Assembly (NCBI GenBank): GCA_963736115.1
Contig: CAVTNR010000008.1
Location: 160,001-224,000, forward strand
DNA length: 64,000 bases
Direction of reading: 5' to 3'
Origin: an uncultured bacterium
GTDB taxonomy: Bacteria > Zhuqueibacterota > QNDG01 > DTFT01
Below, piece by piece: positions 20,260 to 29,605 of the stretch. Within the stretch, counting starts at the first letter, position 1; each line of letters starts with the position of its first letter. Under the pieces are notes generated by a model that was not told where the DNA came from, did not search any database, and saw nothing but the letters and a program-made list of their open reading frames with translations. The translations under genes were made by a program, and so were the position numbers.

Positions 20260-20306
20260 GCAGGTCCGATATGCCGCGCGTTTTTCTCCGCGCGGCTATC
20301 GGACAT
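20260..20306. repeat. REP-like palindrome family P
   Basis: GCAGGTCCGATATGCCGCGCG..CGCGCGGCTATCGGAC just after the GH3 stop. Confidence 0.75.
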
Positions 20307-20590
20307 CTCCGGATTCCGGGTTACAGGGGGGGTGTCAACCCCATAAAATGGACCAAGCTATTATATTTGTAAATTATTGAAGGCCCGAAATCTGTTATCG
20401 GGGATCCAGGACTGGGCGGACAATGAAAGGAAGAATGTGACCTTCTGACAGAAGGTTGCCTTTTTCCTGGTTCCGTAGCGATGACGCGGTGCGTCGCCCG
20501 TATTTGGGATTCAGGTTCCGCTGCGAGGAACCAAGCTATTCGTTATTTTTAGTCATTGAAGGCCTCAGCCTTTCATCCTCCGGAAAAAAC

Positions 20591-21679
20591 ATGACCGTTC
20601 CGAACGATTCGAATCCAGCGCCTGCCTTTCCGTCGCCGGTTTCCAAGCGCGCGGCTGAGGAATTCCGCGCCTCTCTTCCTTCGCTACTCGCCCAGGCTTC
20701 AGCCTGCCTTGAAACGTCCGGTTTTACCGCGGTCGGCAAACCCGGGCCCGCGGAGCGCGGCTTCATGCTGGACCTTCAGGGCTATTTCGGCGAAACGCTC
20801 GCCGCTGTCTGGGAAATGGACCTGGCTGCGGCTTTGCCGGAGGAAATGGAATGGCTCTCGGACGCGCTTGCCGGACGCGGTCTGGGCCCGCGCAGTCTTC
20901 AGGTCTTGTGCAGGGCCTGGATCGCCGCCATGCACGGAGCGCTGGGCATCGCCGCACTGAAGGAGACGGTACCCTGGCTCGAGTGGATTTCCGCGTCCGC
21001 GGACCGTTTCCGCCTGTCTTCCGCTTCCGCTGCACCAGCCTCCCCGGATCCTGAAACAGAGGCTTTCCTGAAAAGCCTGATCGCGAACCGCACGGAAGAG
21101 GCGGTCGAAGCGGCGGTCCGCCACAGCCGGAAACACGGCGTCGAATCCTGCCTGGAGAAACTCTTTCTGTCCGGCCTGCGGGAGATCGGCCGGGCCTGGG
21201 CCGGCAACCGGTTCACGGTCGCGGATGAGCATCTCGCCACGGTCAATCTCATCCGGGCCGCATTCCGTTTTTTTTCAAGCCTGAAGCCGGAGACAGGCCG
21301 CGGAAGGAGCGTGGCTGTTTCCTCTGCGCCGGGCGACGCGCATTCCGTCTCCGGGGAGCTCCTGTCACTCTACCTCGAACACAGGGGATGGACGGTGCTG
21401 TTCTTCGGAAACAGTATGCCCGAATCCGACCTGGTCCGGGCAATTGTCGAAGCCGACCCGTCCGCCGCCGTGATCACCGCCTCCATGCTGGCCCGACTGC
21501 CGGCACTGCGCCGCGTCGCGGCCGCGCTCCGCAAACAGAAGCCCGGCCTGCGCGTTCTCGCGACCGCGCCCCGCAAGGCCGCCCGTCCGGCGGTTCAGGC
21601 CTTTTGCGACGGGGTGTTCGGCTCCTTTGAAGAATGCCACGCGCTCCTCAGCGGAAAGGGTGGCGGCCATGCGGCGTGA
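20591..21679 (+). CDS. Cobalamin (B12)-binding domain protein without DNA-binding domain
   Basis: W-x9-EH (WAGNRFTVADEH), PGDAHSVSG, LEHRGW.V.FFG Rossmann domain. Confidence 0.8.
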   Translation: MTVPNDSNPAPAFPSPVSKRAAEEFRASLPSLLAQASACLETSGFTAVGKPGPAERGFMLDLQGYFGETLAAVWEMDLAAALPEEMEWLSDALAGRGLGPRSLQVLCRAWIAAMHGALGIAALKETVPWLEWISASADRFRLSSASAAPASPDPETEAFLKSLIANRTEEAVEAAVRHSRKHGVESCLEKLFLSGLREIGRAWAGNRFTVADEHLATVNLIRAAFRFFSSLKPETGRGRSVAVSSAPGDAHSVSGELLSLYLEHRGWTVLFFGNSMPESDLVRAIVEADPSAAVITASMLARLPALRRVAAALRKQKPGLRVLATAPRKAARPAVQAFCDGVFGSFEECHALLSGKGGGHAA

Positions 21680-22793
21680 GTCCGCGGCGTTCAAGATGCT
21701 GTTTCACGACCGGGCCTCTGCCCTCGGGTCCATCGCCGGAGTCGTGGCCATTGTCTTTCTCGTGGGCCAGCAGCTGACCATTTTTTTCGGGCTCCTGAGC
21801 TATATGTCCGGCCTGGCCGACCGGAGCGGAGCGGACATCTGGGTGCTTGCCGGGAAGGCCGACAACGTGAACTCATCCGCCTCGATTCCCATGGCCTACC
21901 GGGACCGCGCGGCAGGCGTCAGCGGCGTGGCCTCGGTGTCGGCTCTGGTTCTCGCGGCCGGTTCCCTGAAAAGAACGGACGGTAATTCGCAGGCCGTGCA
22001 GGTGGTCGGCCTGGAAAGGCCGGCCATGACGGGCGGGCCGAACCGGTTCGACGTCGGGTCGGTGAACGACCTTCTCGACGGCGAGGCCGTCAGCGTGGAC
22101 AGGCTCGACCTGCCCCTGCTGGGAAACCCTGAAATCGGTACCGTTCTGACCATCAACGGAAAGCGCGTCCGGGTCGCGGCCATTACCATGGGACAGCAGG
22201 GTTTCGCCGGCACTTTGGTGTATGCCAATTCGGAGAAAGCGCGGGAAATCGCCGGCCTTCCGCAGGACCGGTGCACCGGCCTGCTGGTGAACGCCCGCCC
22301 CGGCCTGTCCGCCGCCTCCCTGGTTCCGGCCCTGCGGCAGTCTCTGCCCCGCACCGAGGTGTTCCTCACCCGCGAGTTGTCGCTCATGAGCCGGCTGTAC
22401 TACCTGCGCAACACGGGCATCGGCACGAGCTTTCTGTTCTCGACCCTCATCGGCGCCCTGGTCGGGCTGGTCATCATCACGCTCACCATGTACACAAACG
22501 TCCTGAACAAGAGCCGCGATTACGCCATGCTGAGGGCGCTGGGCGGACGCCGCAGGGACGTGCTGTATATCGTCTTCATTCAGTCGCTGTACATCGCGGC
22601 CATCGGCATTCTGGCCGGGTTCACGCTCCTGGCCCTGTTCCTGACCGGCACCGCGGACACGGCCCTGCCCTCGAAACTGCCCTGGCAGGCGCCGGCGGTT
22701 CACGCGGCCGCCACTCTGGCCTTATGCATGCTGGGGTCCCTGATCGCCATGCGCCGCGCTGTAGCCATCGATCCGGCCAGCGCTTTCCGGTGA
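21669..22793 (+). CDS. ABC permease (MacB/FtsX/DevC type)
   Basis: ADIWV after the first TM helix, RDYAMLRALG, three C-terminal TM helices, IDPASAFR. Confidence 0.88.
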   Translation: MRRESAAFKMLFHDRASALGSIAGVVAIVFLVGQQLTIFFGLLSYMSGLADRSGADIWVLAGKADNVNSSASIPMAYRDRAAGVSGVASVSALVLAAGSLKRTDGNSQAVQVVGLERPAMTGGPNRFDVGSVNDLLDGEAVSVDRLDLPLLGNPEIGTVLTINGKRVRVAAITMGQQGFAGTLVYANSEKAREIAGLPQDRCTGLLVNARPGLSAASLVPALRQSLPRTEVFLTRELSLMSRLYYLRNTGIGTSFLFSTLIGALVGLVIITLTMYTNVLNKSRDYAMLRALGGRRRDVLYIVFIQSLYIAAIGILAGFTLLALFLTGTADTALPSKLPWQAPAVHAAATLALCMLGSLIAMRRAVAIDPASAFR

Positions 22794-22801
22794 GGCGGCC
22801 G

Positions 22802-23515
22802 ATGGCGAACCAGAAAAGCGGCCGGACCCCGGCCCCGGTGATCCGGCTCGAAGCCGCGGCCCGCGATTTTTTCGACGGCCGGCAGACCCGCCGCGTCCTG
22901 CACCCGACCGACATCGCGTTCCGGACGGGATCTCTCGCCGTCCTCTCCGGACCGTCCGGAAGCGGCAAGACGACCCTGCTGACGATCATGGCCCTGATTC
23001 TCGCGCCCTCGGCCGGCAGGGTCTTCGTGAGGGACCGGGACGTCACGCAGGCGACCGAGGACGGACGCGCCACGCTCCGCATGCGGCATTTCGGGTTCGT
23101 GTTCCAGAACGCGGCGCTCATCCCGGCGCTCTCCGTGACCGAGAACGTGCTCATCGCGTCAACCATTCAGGGCGGCCGCGCTCCCGCCGCCGCGGTCCGG
23201 CGGGCGGAAACGTCGATTGAACGGCTGGGGCTCGCCGAATTCTCGCACATGAAGGTCGAGAAGCTTTCGGGCGGGCAGAAACAGCGCGTCGCCATCGCGC
23301 GGGCGCTCGTCAACGACCCAGAGGTCATTCTGTGCGACGAGCCGACTTCGGCGCTCGACGTCGAAAGCAGCGCCGTCGTGCTGAAGACGCTCCAGGACCT
23401 CAGCCGCGAGAACCGTTCCGTGGTGCTGGTCACGCACGATCCCCGGGTGTTCCCGTACGCGGACCGGCTGATTCAGATGGAAGACGGCCGCGTGATCACC
23501 GACACCGACCCCTGA
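22802..23515 (+). CDS. ABC ATP-binding protein (LolD/DevA type)
   Basis: GPSGSGKT, FGFVFQ, LSGGQKQR, DEPTSALD, VTHDPR. Confidence 0.93.
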   Translation: MANQKSGRTPAPVIRLEAAARDFFDGRQTRRVLHPTDIAFRTGSLAVLSGPSGSGKTTLLTIMALILAPSAGRVFVRDRDVTQATEDGRATLRMRHFGFVFQNAALIPALSVTENVLIASTIQGGRAPAAAVRRAETSIERLGLAEFSHMKVEKLSGGQKQRVAIARALVNDPEVILCDEPTSALDVESSAVVLKTLQDLSRENRSVVLVTHDPRVFPYADRLIQMEDGRVITDTDP

Positions 23516-23538
23516 ACCGAAGGCGGAGAGAAACTTAA

Positions 23539-24399
23539 ATGAAGCCGAAAATCAGAAACGCGGCGGTCGCCGCGGCCGTCATCCTGCTCGTCATTTTCAT
23601 CGTGACCAGCCTGCGGCGCGCGTCCAGCCGGCCGGCTCCCGCGCCTCCGGCCGGATTGGACAGCGCAGCGGCCGCGTTTTACGGCAGGGTGGAGCCCGAG
23701 GGCAAGGCCGCGGCCGTGAGCCCGGCCGTTCCGGGGCGCGTGAAGTCCGTTCTCGTCAAAGAGGGCGGCCGCGTCCGGCCCGGACAGACGCTGGTCCTGC
23801 TTGAAGCCGCGGAGCAGGAGGCCGAATGGAAAGCCGCGCTCGGTCGGGCGGCCGCGGCCCGCAAGTCCGCCGAACTCAGCCGCGACCAGCGCGTCCGCGC
23901 CGAGGCCCTGAGCCGCGGCGGAGGCATCTCGGAGGCCGAGGTCGTGCGACTGCGCCTCGCCAGCGAACTGGACGAGGAAGTTGTGACCGTGGCCGTCCGG
24001 GAGGCCGAGTTGGCCCGAGAGCGGCTGGAGAACCGCACGGTCCGCGCCCCCTTGGCCGGAATCGTTTACAAGGCCGATCTGAGGCCGGGGGAGTATTTCG
24101 GGAGCGGCGGGGGAGAGATTCTGATCGGATCGGAGCGTCTCGAGTTGAGATGCGACGTGGAAGTGTTCTGGATCGGCAGACTCGATCCGGCGACAGAGTA
24201 CCGTGTGTTCAATGCGGAATCGGGCGAGCCGGTCGGCAGGGCCAGGCTCGTGTCCGTGTCGCGCTACCTGCGGCCCAAGGAGACGCGCACCGAGGATACG
24301 GGCGAGCGGCTCTCGGCCGATTATCAGGAGGCGGTTCTATCCTTCGAACCGGATCGTCCGGGCATTCCCATTGGTCTGCCTGTGCTGGTGAAGCCTTAG
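23539..24399 (+). CDS. Periplasmic adaptor (HlyD/MFP family)
   Basis: N-terminal TM helix, PGRVKSVLVKEGGRV and VRAPLAG lipoyl halves around a coiled coil. Confidence 0.85.
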   Translation: MKPKIRNAAVAAAVILLVIFIVTSLRRASSRPAPAPPAGLDSAAAAFYGRVEPEGKAAAVSPAVPGRVKSVLVKEGGRVRPGQTLVLLEAAEQEAEWKAALGRAAAARKSAELSRDQRVRAEALSRGGGISEAEVVRLRLASELDEEVVTVAVREAELARERLENRTVRAPLAGIVYKADLRPGEYFGSGGGEILIGSERLELRCDVEVFWIGRLDPATEYRVFNAESGEPVGRARLVSVSRYLRPKETRTEDTGERLSADYQEAVLSFEPDRPGIPIGLPVLVKP

Positions 24400-24512
24400 A
24401 TCGAAGCGAAGGGTTTCTCCCTTTCAGAGTGATGATTCCGCAGGGGCGCCGCGCCGCGTCGCCCGTGTTCTTTGGAGTGCGGTGACTGTTTCGCTGCTTT
24501 TAAATAGAATAT

Positions 24513-24597
24513 TTGACATTCCCCCTCCAAATCATTAAATTGCATATATTAGTGTGATTGGGGAGGGCTTATTTTTTATAGGGTTAGTTAACGTTTA
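24513..24597 (+). promoter_or_regulatory. Promoter and LacI-type operator-like site
   Basis: TTGACA-N17-TAAATT at 24513-24541; TAGTTAACGTTTAA upstream of the LacI gene. Confidence 0.45.
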
Positions 24598-24640
24598 AGT
24601 CACCAATGACTTAAAATCCAAGTACAAATTAAGGTAAAAA

Positions 24641-25654
24641 ATGCGAAAATCATCCAACATCACGCAGGCGCAGATCGCCAAAATGCTGAACATCTCCACG
24701 GTCACGGTTTCCAAGGCCCTGCGCAACCATCCCGACATTTCATCCGAAACCATACACCGCGTCAAGAAGCTGGCCGACGAGATCGGATACACGCCCGATC
24801 TCATCGCTCGCGCCCTCTCCTCGCGCCGCTCGAACATCATCGGCGTGGTCGTCCCCGAAATCGACCATACCTTCTTCTCGGCCGTGACCAAGGGCATTTA
24901 CTCCGCGACCAAGGACCAGCAGTTCCAGGTTCTGCTCACGGTCTCGCACGAGGACGAGCAGCGGGAGGTCGAGAACCTGCACACGCTGGTCGCGATGCGC
25001 GTCGACGGCATTCTCATTTCCATCTCCGAGACAACGCAGAATCACAACGTGTTCAAGATGATCCGGCGCAAGGGCGTTCCGCTGGTGTTCTTCGACCGCT
25101 ACATCCACGATCCGGACTTCACGCGCGTGATCGTCGACGACCGCAAGGGCGCGTCCGACGCGGTGGCGCATCTCGTGTCAAAGGGCCGCCGGACGATCGC
25201 GCATCTCGGCGGCACGCCGCAGGTGTCGGTGTCCATCGAGAGGCTCGCGGGGTACAGGGAAGGCCTCGAGGCCGCGGGCATTGCGTTCGACGAGAAGTGG
25301 GTCGTACCGTGCGGGTTTTCGGAGGAGGAAGGATACAAGGGATTCATGGAGCTGTATAAAAACGCGGGAAGGCCGGACGCGGTGTTCGCGGTGAACGACC
25401 CGGTGGCGATCGGCGTGTACGACGCCGCGCGCGAACTCGGTCTTCGCATCCCGCAGGATCTCGGTGTGGTCGGATTCTCGGACCTCACCATGGCGCGGTT
25501 CATGTCGCCGCCGCTGACCACGGTTCATCAGCCCGCGCTCGACCTCGGCAAGGAAGCCGTCCGCGCTCTGCTGGAGGCAATTCAGAAACCCGACTCCTAC
25601 GTCCCCCGCGAAATCGTAATGCCCACGAGGCTGGTGGTGAGGGAGTCGGGGTGA
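24641..25654 (+). CDS. LacI family transcriptional regulator
   Basis: IAKMLNISTVTVSKAL HTH, IGY.PD, FAVND, RIPQDLGVVGF, LVVRES. Confidence 0.95.
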   Translation: MRKSSNITQAQIAKMLNISTVTVSKALRNHPDISSETIHRVKKLADEIGYTPDLIARALSSRRSNIIGVVVPEIDHTFFSAVTKGIYSATKDQQFQVLLTVSHEDEQREVENLHTLVAMRVDGILISISETTQNHNVFKMIRRKGVPLVFFDRYIHDPDFTRVIVDDRKGASDAVAHLVSKGRRTIAHLGGTPQVSVSIERLAGYREGLEAAGIAFDEKWVVPCGFSEEEGYKGFMELYKNAGRPDAVFAVNDPVAIGVYDAARELGLRIPQDLGVVGFSDLTMARFMSPPLTTVHQPALDLGKEAVRALLEAIQKPDSYVPREIVMPTRLVVRESG

Positions 25655-26049
25655 GGGGGGAAGTCAATATCCCAAAAAAATATAAATCAATCGAAGATTT
25701 TAATTATCGAACACAATGATGGTACCTATACTTTTTGAATAATTTCATATTCCAAGAAAGATAAATTAATATTATATTAATATACTACATAATAATTAAA
25801 AATCTCTTGACAATGAAAATTTAATTTCATAAGATAAAGCACAATTAAGAGAAACTAGAATTTTCCCTCTTTTTTGTCCCGCTCATCTCGCACCCTCATC
25901 CTGGTTTACATTTCAGTATAGTGAATTTAGGTAATTATTATGGCTTTTATTGTTGGGATACCACCATAAATAAGTAGTGATTACTTATTTATTTTTTAAA
26001 AAATAATTAACTAGAAGATCTTTAAAATACCATGTTTTGGGAGGGACAA

Positions 26050-26637
26050 ATGAAAAGCAATATCGTCATATTAATAACCTCTTTTTTCATCTTTCTGAGC
26101 TGTTCGAAATACGGGGAAAATAATATTACAAAATGGACTGATGTTAGTGCAAAATCACAAGAGATTTATGAATTAGAAATGATAAGAGATTTTGTCTATA
26201 ATAGGATTTCAGATTATAATATAAGCAGGAAGGATTTTCTTAAGGCAATATTGTTAAATGATGTAAGTAATACGGCAAATTTATTGCGGTGTTCTATTGC
26301 AGAAATAGAAGATTTAAACAATAAATTATCTGAAACAGTTAATGTTCTAAAAGATGATTGTTATTCGAGATTCAATATAAAAAGTAACAATAATTTAGAA
26401 TTTTTTATTGGCAATTATGACAACATTCAGCCAAAGCTAAAACAATTCTCTGGAGTTATCAATAAAAGTCAACAACGCGTAGGATGTAAGTATGGTCAAT
26501 ATACAACATGTTTAATGCTTGCTGGTTATGGGGCGGCTGCCACAGGAGGGGCGGCATTACTCGTATATGCTGGAGGATCATATTTATGCTTGTGTAGTTA
26601 TTGTAGCGGTGGGTGGGTCAACTGGGCTTGTTTTTAA
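26050..26637 (+). CDS. Lipoprotein with C-terminal 6-Cys hydrophobic peptide (bacteriocin precursor-like)
   Basis: GGAGG RBS, FIFLSC lipobox, tail CKYGQYTTC..GAAATGGAALLVYAGGSYLCLCSYCSGGWVNWACF. Confidence 0.65.
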   Translation: MKSNIVILITSFFIFLSCSKYGENNITKWTDVSAKSQEIYELEMIRDFVYNRISDYNISRKDFLKAILLNDVSNTANLLRCSIAEIEDLNNKLSETVNVLKDDCYSRFNIKSNNNLEFFIGNYDNIQPKLKQFSGVINKSQQRVGCKYGQYTTCLMLAGYGAAATGGAALLVYAGGSYLCLCSYCSGGWVNWACF

Positions 26638-26654
26638 ATATACGAGTTTAAAAT

Positions 26655-26897
26655 ATGAATACAATTAACAATTATATCCCGATAATATTAATATTTGTTG
26701 TGTATTTATTTATACGTTTTATAAAAAATCGGCTTTTAAATTGGATTATAATAAATATTGTCGCTATCACCTATATTATATTGGGAATTAGCGACAGAAG
26801 TAGTTCGTTAAATATCTATAAAATAGATCTTTTTATATACTTAATGATGATATTCATGGCTATTAGATTGAAAAATCGCCACAGTAAAATCAACTAA
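26655..26897 (+). CDS. Small membrane protein (about 3 TM), immunity-like
   Basis: 80 aa, three Ile/Leu/Phe-rich segments, basic ends, 17 nt after the lipoprotein gene. Confidence 0.55.
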   Translation: MNTINNYIPIILIFVVYLFIRFIKNRLLNWIIINIVAITYIILGISDRSSSLNIYKIDLFIYLMMIFMAIRLKNRHSKIN

Positions 26898-26906
26898 TAT
26901 GTATCA

Positions 26907-26952
26907 TTCGATCGAATCCGGTATATGTATTATATTGCCGGATTCGATCGAA
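26907..26952. terminator. Long hairpin between convergent genes
   Basis: TTCGATCGAATCCGG / CCGGATTCGATCGAA perfect 15-bp inverted repeat. Confidence 0.65.
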
Positions 26953-26978
26953 CCATTATAATTAAATCCCGCGAACTT

Positions 26979-28139
26979 TTATTTATTTCCCAGCACTTCC
27001 CCCAGCTTCTCCGCGACGAAGTCGAGATCTTCCGTCGGGATGGTAAGTGGCGGGAGGAGGCGGATCACAGTCATGCCAGAGGGGAGCGTCAGCACGCCCT
27101 TTTCCGTCAGTGCCTGGATGAACGGTTTCGCCTTTTCCTTCAGTTCGATGCCGATCATCAGCCCGAGGCCGCGGACCTCCCGGATCAGACCGGAACGGAT
27201 GGCATTCAGCTTCTCCATCATATAGGCGCCCTTGGACGCGGCCTGCTCGTCGAGCCGCTCGCGCTTCATGAAGTCGATGGCCGCGTTCGCGGCCGCGCAG
27301 GCAAGCGGGTTGGCGCCGAATGTGGTGCCGTGCCGTCCCACGGGCGACTGAATCTTCTCAGAGCACAGCACCGCGCCCATGGGCACACCCCCGGCAATGG
27401 CCTTGGCGACGACCATCATATCGGGCAGCACGCCGAAATGCCCGCAGGCGAACCACTTGCCCGTGCGGCAGAATCCCGACTGAATCTCGTCCATGATCAG
27501 CAGGATGCCGCGCTCGTCGCAGAGGGCCCGGATCCGTTCAAAATATTCCTTTTTCCCGATATGGATGCCGCCTTCGCCCTGCACCGGCTCGAGCAGGACC
27601 GCGGCGGTTTTTTCGTTCACCTGGGCCAGGAGCGCCTCGAAATCATTGTACGGCACGTGGCGGAACCCGGGAACCAGGGGCTCGAAATCCTCCTTGTATT
27701 TCGGGTTGTGCGTCGCGGAGAGCGCCCCGAACGTGCGGCCGTGGAAGCTCCGCATGGCGCAGATGAACTCCGTTTTCTTTGTCGTGAAACGCGCGAACTT
27801 GAGCGCCGCCTCGACGGCTTCAGCGCCGGAATTGCAGAGAAAGGAGCGGTTCAGCCCAGAGGGCGCGACGGACGCGAGCTTCTCGAAGAGCCGGGCGCGC
27901 TGGTCGTTGTAGAAAATGCCCGAGCAGGTGATCAGCGTCTTCGCCTGGCTGGCCAGGGCAGCGGCCACGTCCGGGTTCGCGTGCCCCACGCTGGCCACGC
28001 CGTGGCCCGCGATGCAGTCCACATAGACGTTCCCCTGGTCGTCCCACAGACGGGCGTTCTCCCCGCGGACGATGCAGACGTCCCGCTTGGTGAACACGTC
28101 GAATTCATAGCGCCGTTCCAGATCGATCGATTCGCTCAT
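26979..28139 (-). CDS. lysJ: [LysW]-semialdehyde / acetylornithine aminotransferase (class III PLP)
   Basis: [54 protein letters not shown]; next to lysZ. Confidence 0.8.
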   Translation of the reverse strand: MSESIDLERRYEFDVFTKRDVCIVRGENARLWDDQGNVYVDCIAGHGVASVGHANPDVAAALASQAKTLITCSGIFYNDQRARLFEKLASVAPSGLNRSFLCNSGAEAVEAALKFARFTTKKTEFICAMRSFHGRTFGALSATHNPKYKEDFEPLVPGFRHVPYNDFEALLAQVNEKTAAVLLEPVQGEGGIHIGKKEYFERIRALCDERGILLIMDEIQSGFCRTGKWFACGHFGVLPDMMVVAKAIAGGVPMGAVLCSEKIQSPVGRHGTTFGANPLACAAANAAIDFMKRERLDEQAASKGAYMMEKLNAIRSGLIREVRGLGLMIGIELKEKAKPFIQALTEKGVLTLPSGMTVIRLLPPLTIPTEDLDFVAEKLGEVLGNK

Positions 28140-28927
28140 CTGATCAGAGTCCCTTTCCCTTCAAGCGCGTCCGACACCGGGTTTTCCGCCCGGCCGTCCG
28201 CGATATGCACGCACGCCGCCCCGGCATCGAACAGGTTCCGCAGGGCGAGCATTTTACGTTTCATCCGTCCCTCCACCTGGGCCTCGCGGCCGGCCAGATC
28301 GGCTTTCTCGATCACCGGGACGAGGGAGGCGGGGTCGTTTTTATCCTCGAGGAATCCAGGCGCCTCGATGAACTGGAATATCCGTTCCGGCCGGAAGGCG
28401 CCTGCGAGAACGGTGAGGATGTCGTCGTTCTCGGAATTGATCGCGAAGCCGTTCTCGTCCGCGATGGGAACGCAGAGCACGGGCGTGTACCCGTGGTCGA
28501 GGAGGAGGCGGAGAAGGCCCTCGTTGACGGACTGCGGCTTGCCCGAGAGATCCCGGCGCATCAGGGTTTTGCCGCCTTCGCGCACGCGGATGCCCGCGTT
28601 CCGCTTTCCCTGCACGGTGCGGCCGTCCAGTCCGGAAAGGCCCACGGCGTTGAGCCCGTACCGCTGGGCCGTCTCGACGATGCGTTTGTTCCGCAGGCCC
28701 GCGTAGGCCATCATCTGCAGATCGATGACGCGTTCATCCGAGAAGACGCTCGAATAACCCGACACCGACGTGACGGTTTCCTTCTCAATGCCCAGGGAGG
28801 CGGCCAGGCGGTCACGGGCGGCGTTCGCGCCGTGCAGAAGAATCACAGGCTCCTTCCGTCCTGCCAGATCCCGGATAATTCCCTCGGCGTTGATGCCGCC
28901 GCCGCCGCCGATCTTCACGATCCACAT
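28136..28927 (-). CDS. lysZ: [LysW]-aminoadipate/glutamate kinase
   Basis: IVKIGGG, LHG, TSVSGYSS, GLSGLDG, GKRNAGIR...GGK..RRDLSGK basic segment typical of LysZ, GRMKRKM. Confidence 0.82.
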   Translation of the reverse strand: MWIVKIGGGGGINAEGIIRDLAGRKEPVILLHGANAARDRLAASLGIEKETVTSVSGYSSVFSDERVIDLQMMAYAGLRNKRIVETAQRYGLNAVGLSGLDGRTVQGKRNAGIRVREGGKTLMRRDLSGKPQSVNEGLLRLLLDHGYTPVLCVPIADENGFAINSENDDILTVLAGAFRPERIFQFIEAPGFLEDKNDPASLVPVIEKADLAGREAQVEGRMKRKMLALRNLFDAGAACVHIADGRAENPVSDALEGKGTLIR

Positions 28928-29563
28928 TCAGACTTCCCCTATGAAACGGTTGTCCACGGATTCCCATCCCGGTTCGCCCGGAAAAGGTTCGGAGCAGAGC
29001 AGACGGACCCCGTCCGCCGTTTTCCTGCGCAGGGTGAAATAATCCGGGTTCTCGGAGAAGAGGGACGAGGCCCAGGCGCGCTCCCCGTCCAGCCAGACGA
29101 TGTTCATGGCCCGGATGGTGCGGGAGCGTTTCTCGATGACGCCCACCGCGCGGCGAAGGGCCTCGAGCCGGTCGCCATGGTCGAAGCCCCGGATCAGGTT
29201 GTAGATTTTCTCGGCGCCGATGCGGCCCTCGGCGCGGAGCCGCACGCCGTGCAGTTCGCCGTTGAAGGCGAACACACTGCGGCCGTCCGAGAACGGCATG
29301 TTGTTCTCCACGGCGATGCCCTCGTCCCGGAAAGCCGAGCGCGCGTGGCCGAGCAGGCGCGTCGTCGGCGCGAATCGGGAAAGGTCATCCTCCCAGACCG
29401 GCCGGATGTTCCGGTACAGGGCCCAGCCCGATCCGTCCCACGAGGCACAGCCCCATCCGTGGCCCTGGTATTCACGGCTGTTCCGCGAGACTTCAGCGAA
29501 GGACCGGAGATACGGCGCCGGGTCAAAAGGCCGGGCGGAAGTGACGAGCAGAAGTCGGCACAT
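28928..29563 (-). CDS. Class II glutamine amidotransferase-like Ntn hydrolase (YafJ/EgtC/Dug3-like)
   Basis: N-terminal MCRLL, HGWG, GHARSA, NNMPF, FAFNG, CSEP. Confidence 0.85.
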   Translation of the reverse strand: MCRLLLVTSARPFDPAPYLRSFAEVSRNSREYQGHGWGCASWDGSGWALYRNIRPVWEDDLSRFAPTTRLLGHARSAFRDEGIAVENNMPFSDGRSVFAFNGELHGVRLRAEGRIGAEKIYNLIRGFDHGDRLEALRRAVGVIEKRSRTIRAMNIVWLDGERAWASSLFSENPDYFTLRRKTADGVRLLCSEPFPGEPGWESVDNRFIGEV

Positions 29564-29605
29564 GTTTTTGTCCTGGGATGAAGGGAAACGCGGCCGGCCG
29601 CGGCG

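Larger units (their letters stand above)
25661..26965. other. Strongly AT-rich islet, probably horizontally acquired
   Basis: Abrupt compositional shift in a GC-rich background; TTGACA-N17-TAAGAT at 25807-25835. Confidence 0.8.

Noticed and set aside
20380-20560. Cobalamin riboswitch upstream of the B12-binding gene
   Set aside because: Some small hairpins are present, but I could not find the conserved GGGAA..GCCCCCGCAACTGT / B12-box elements.
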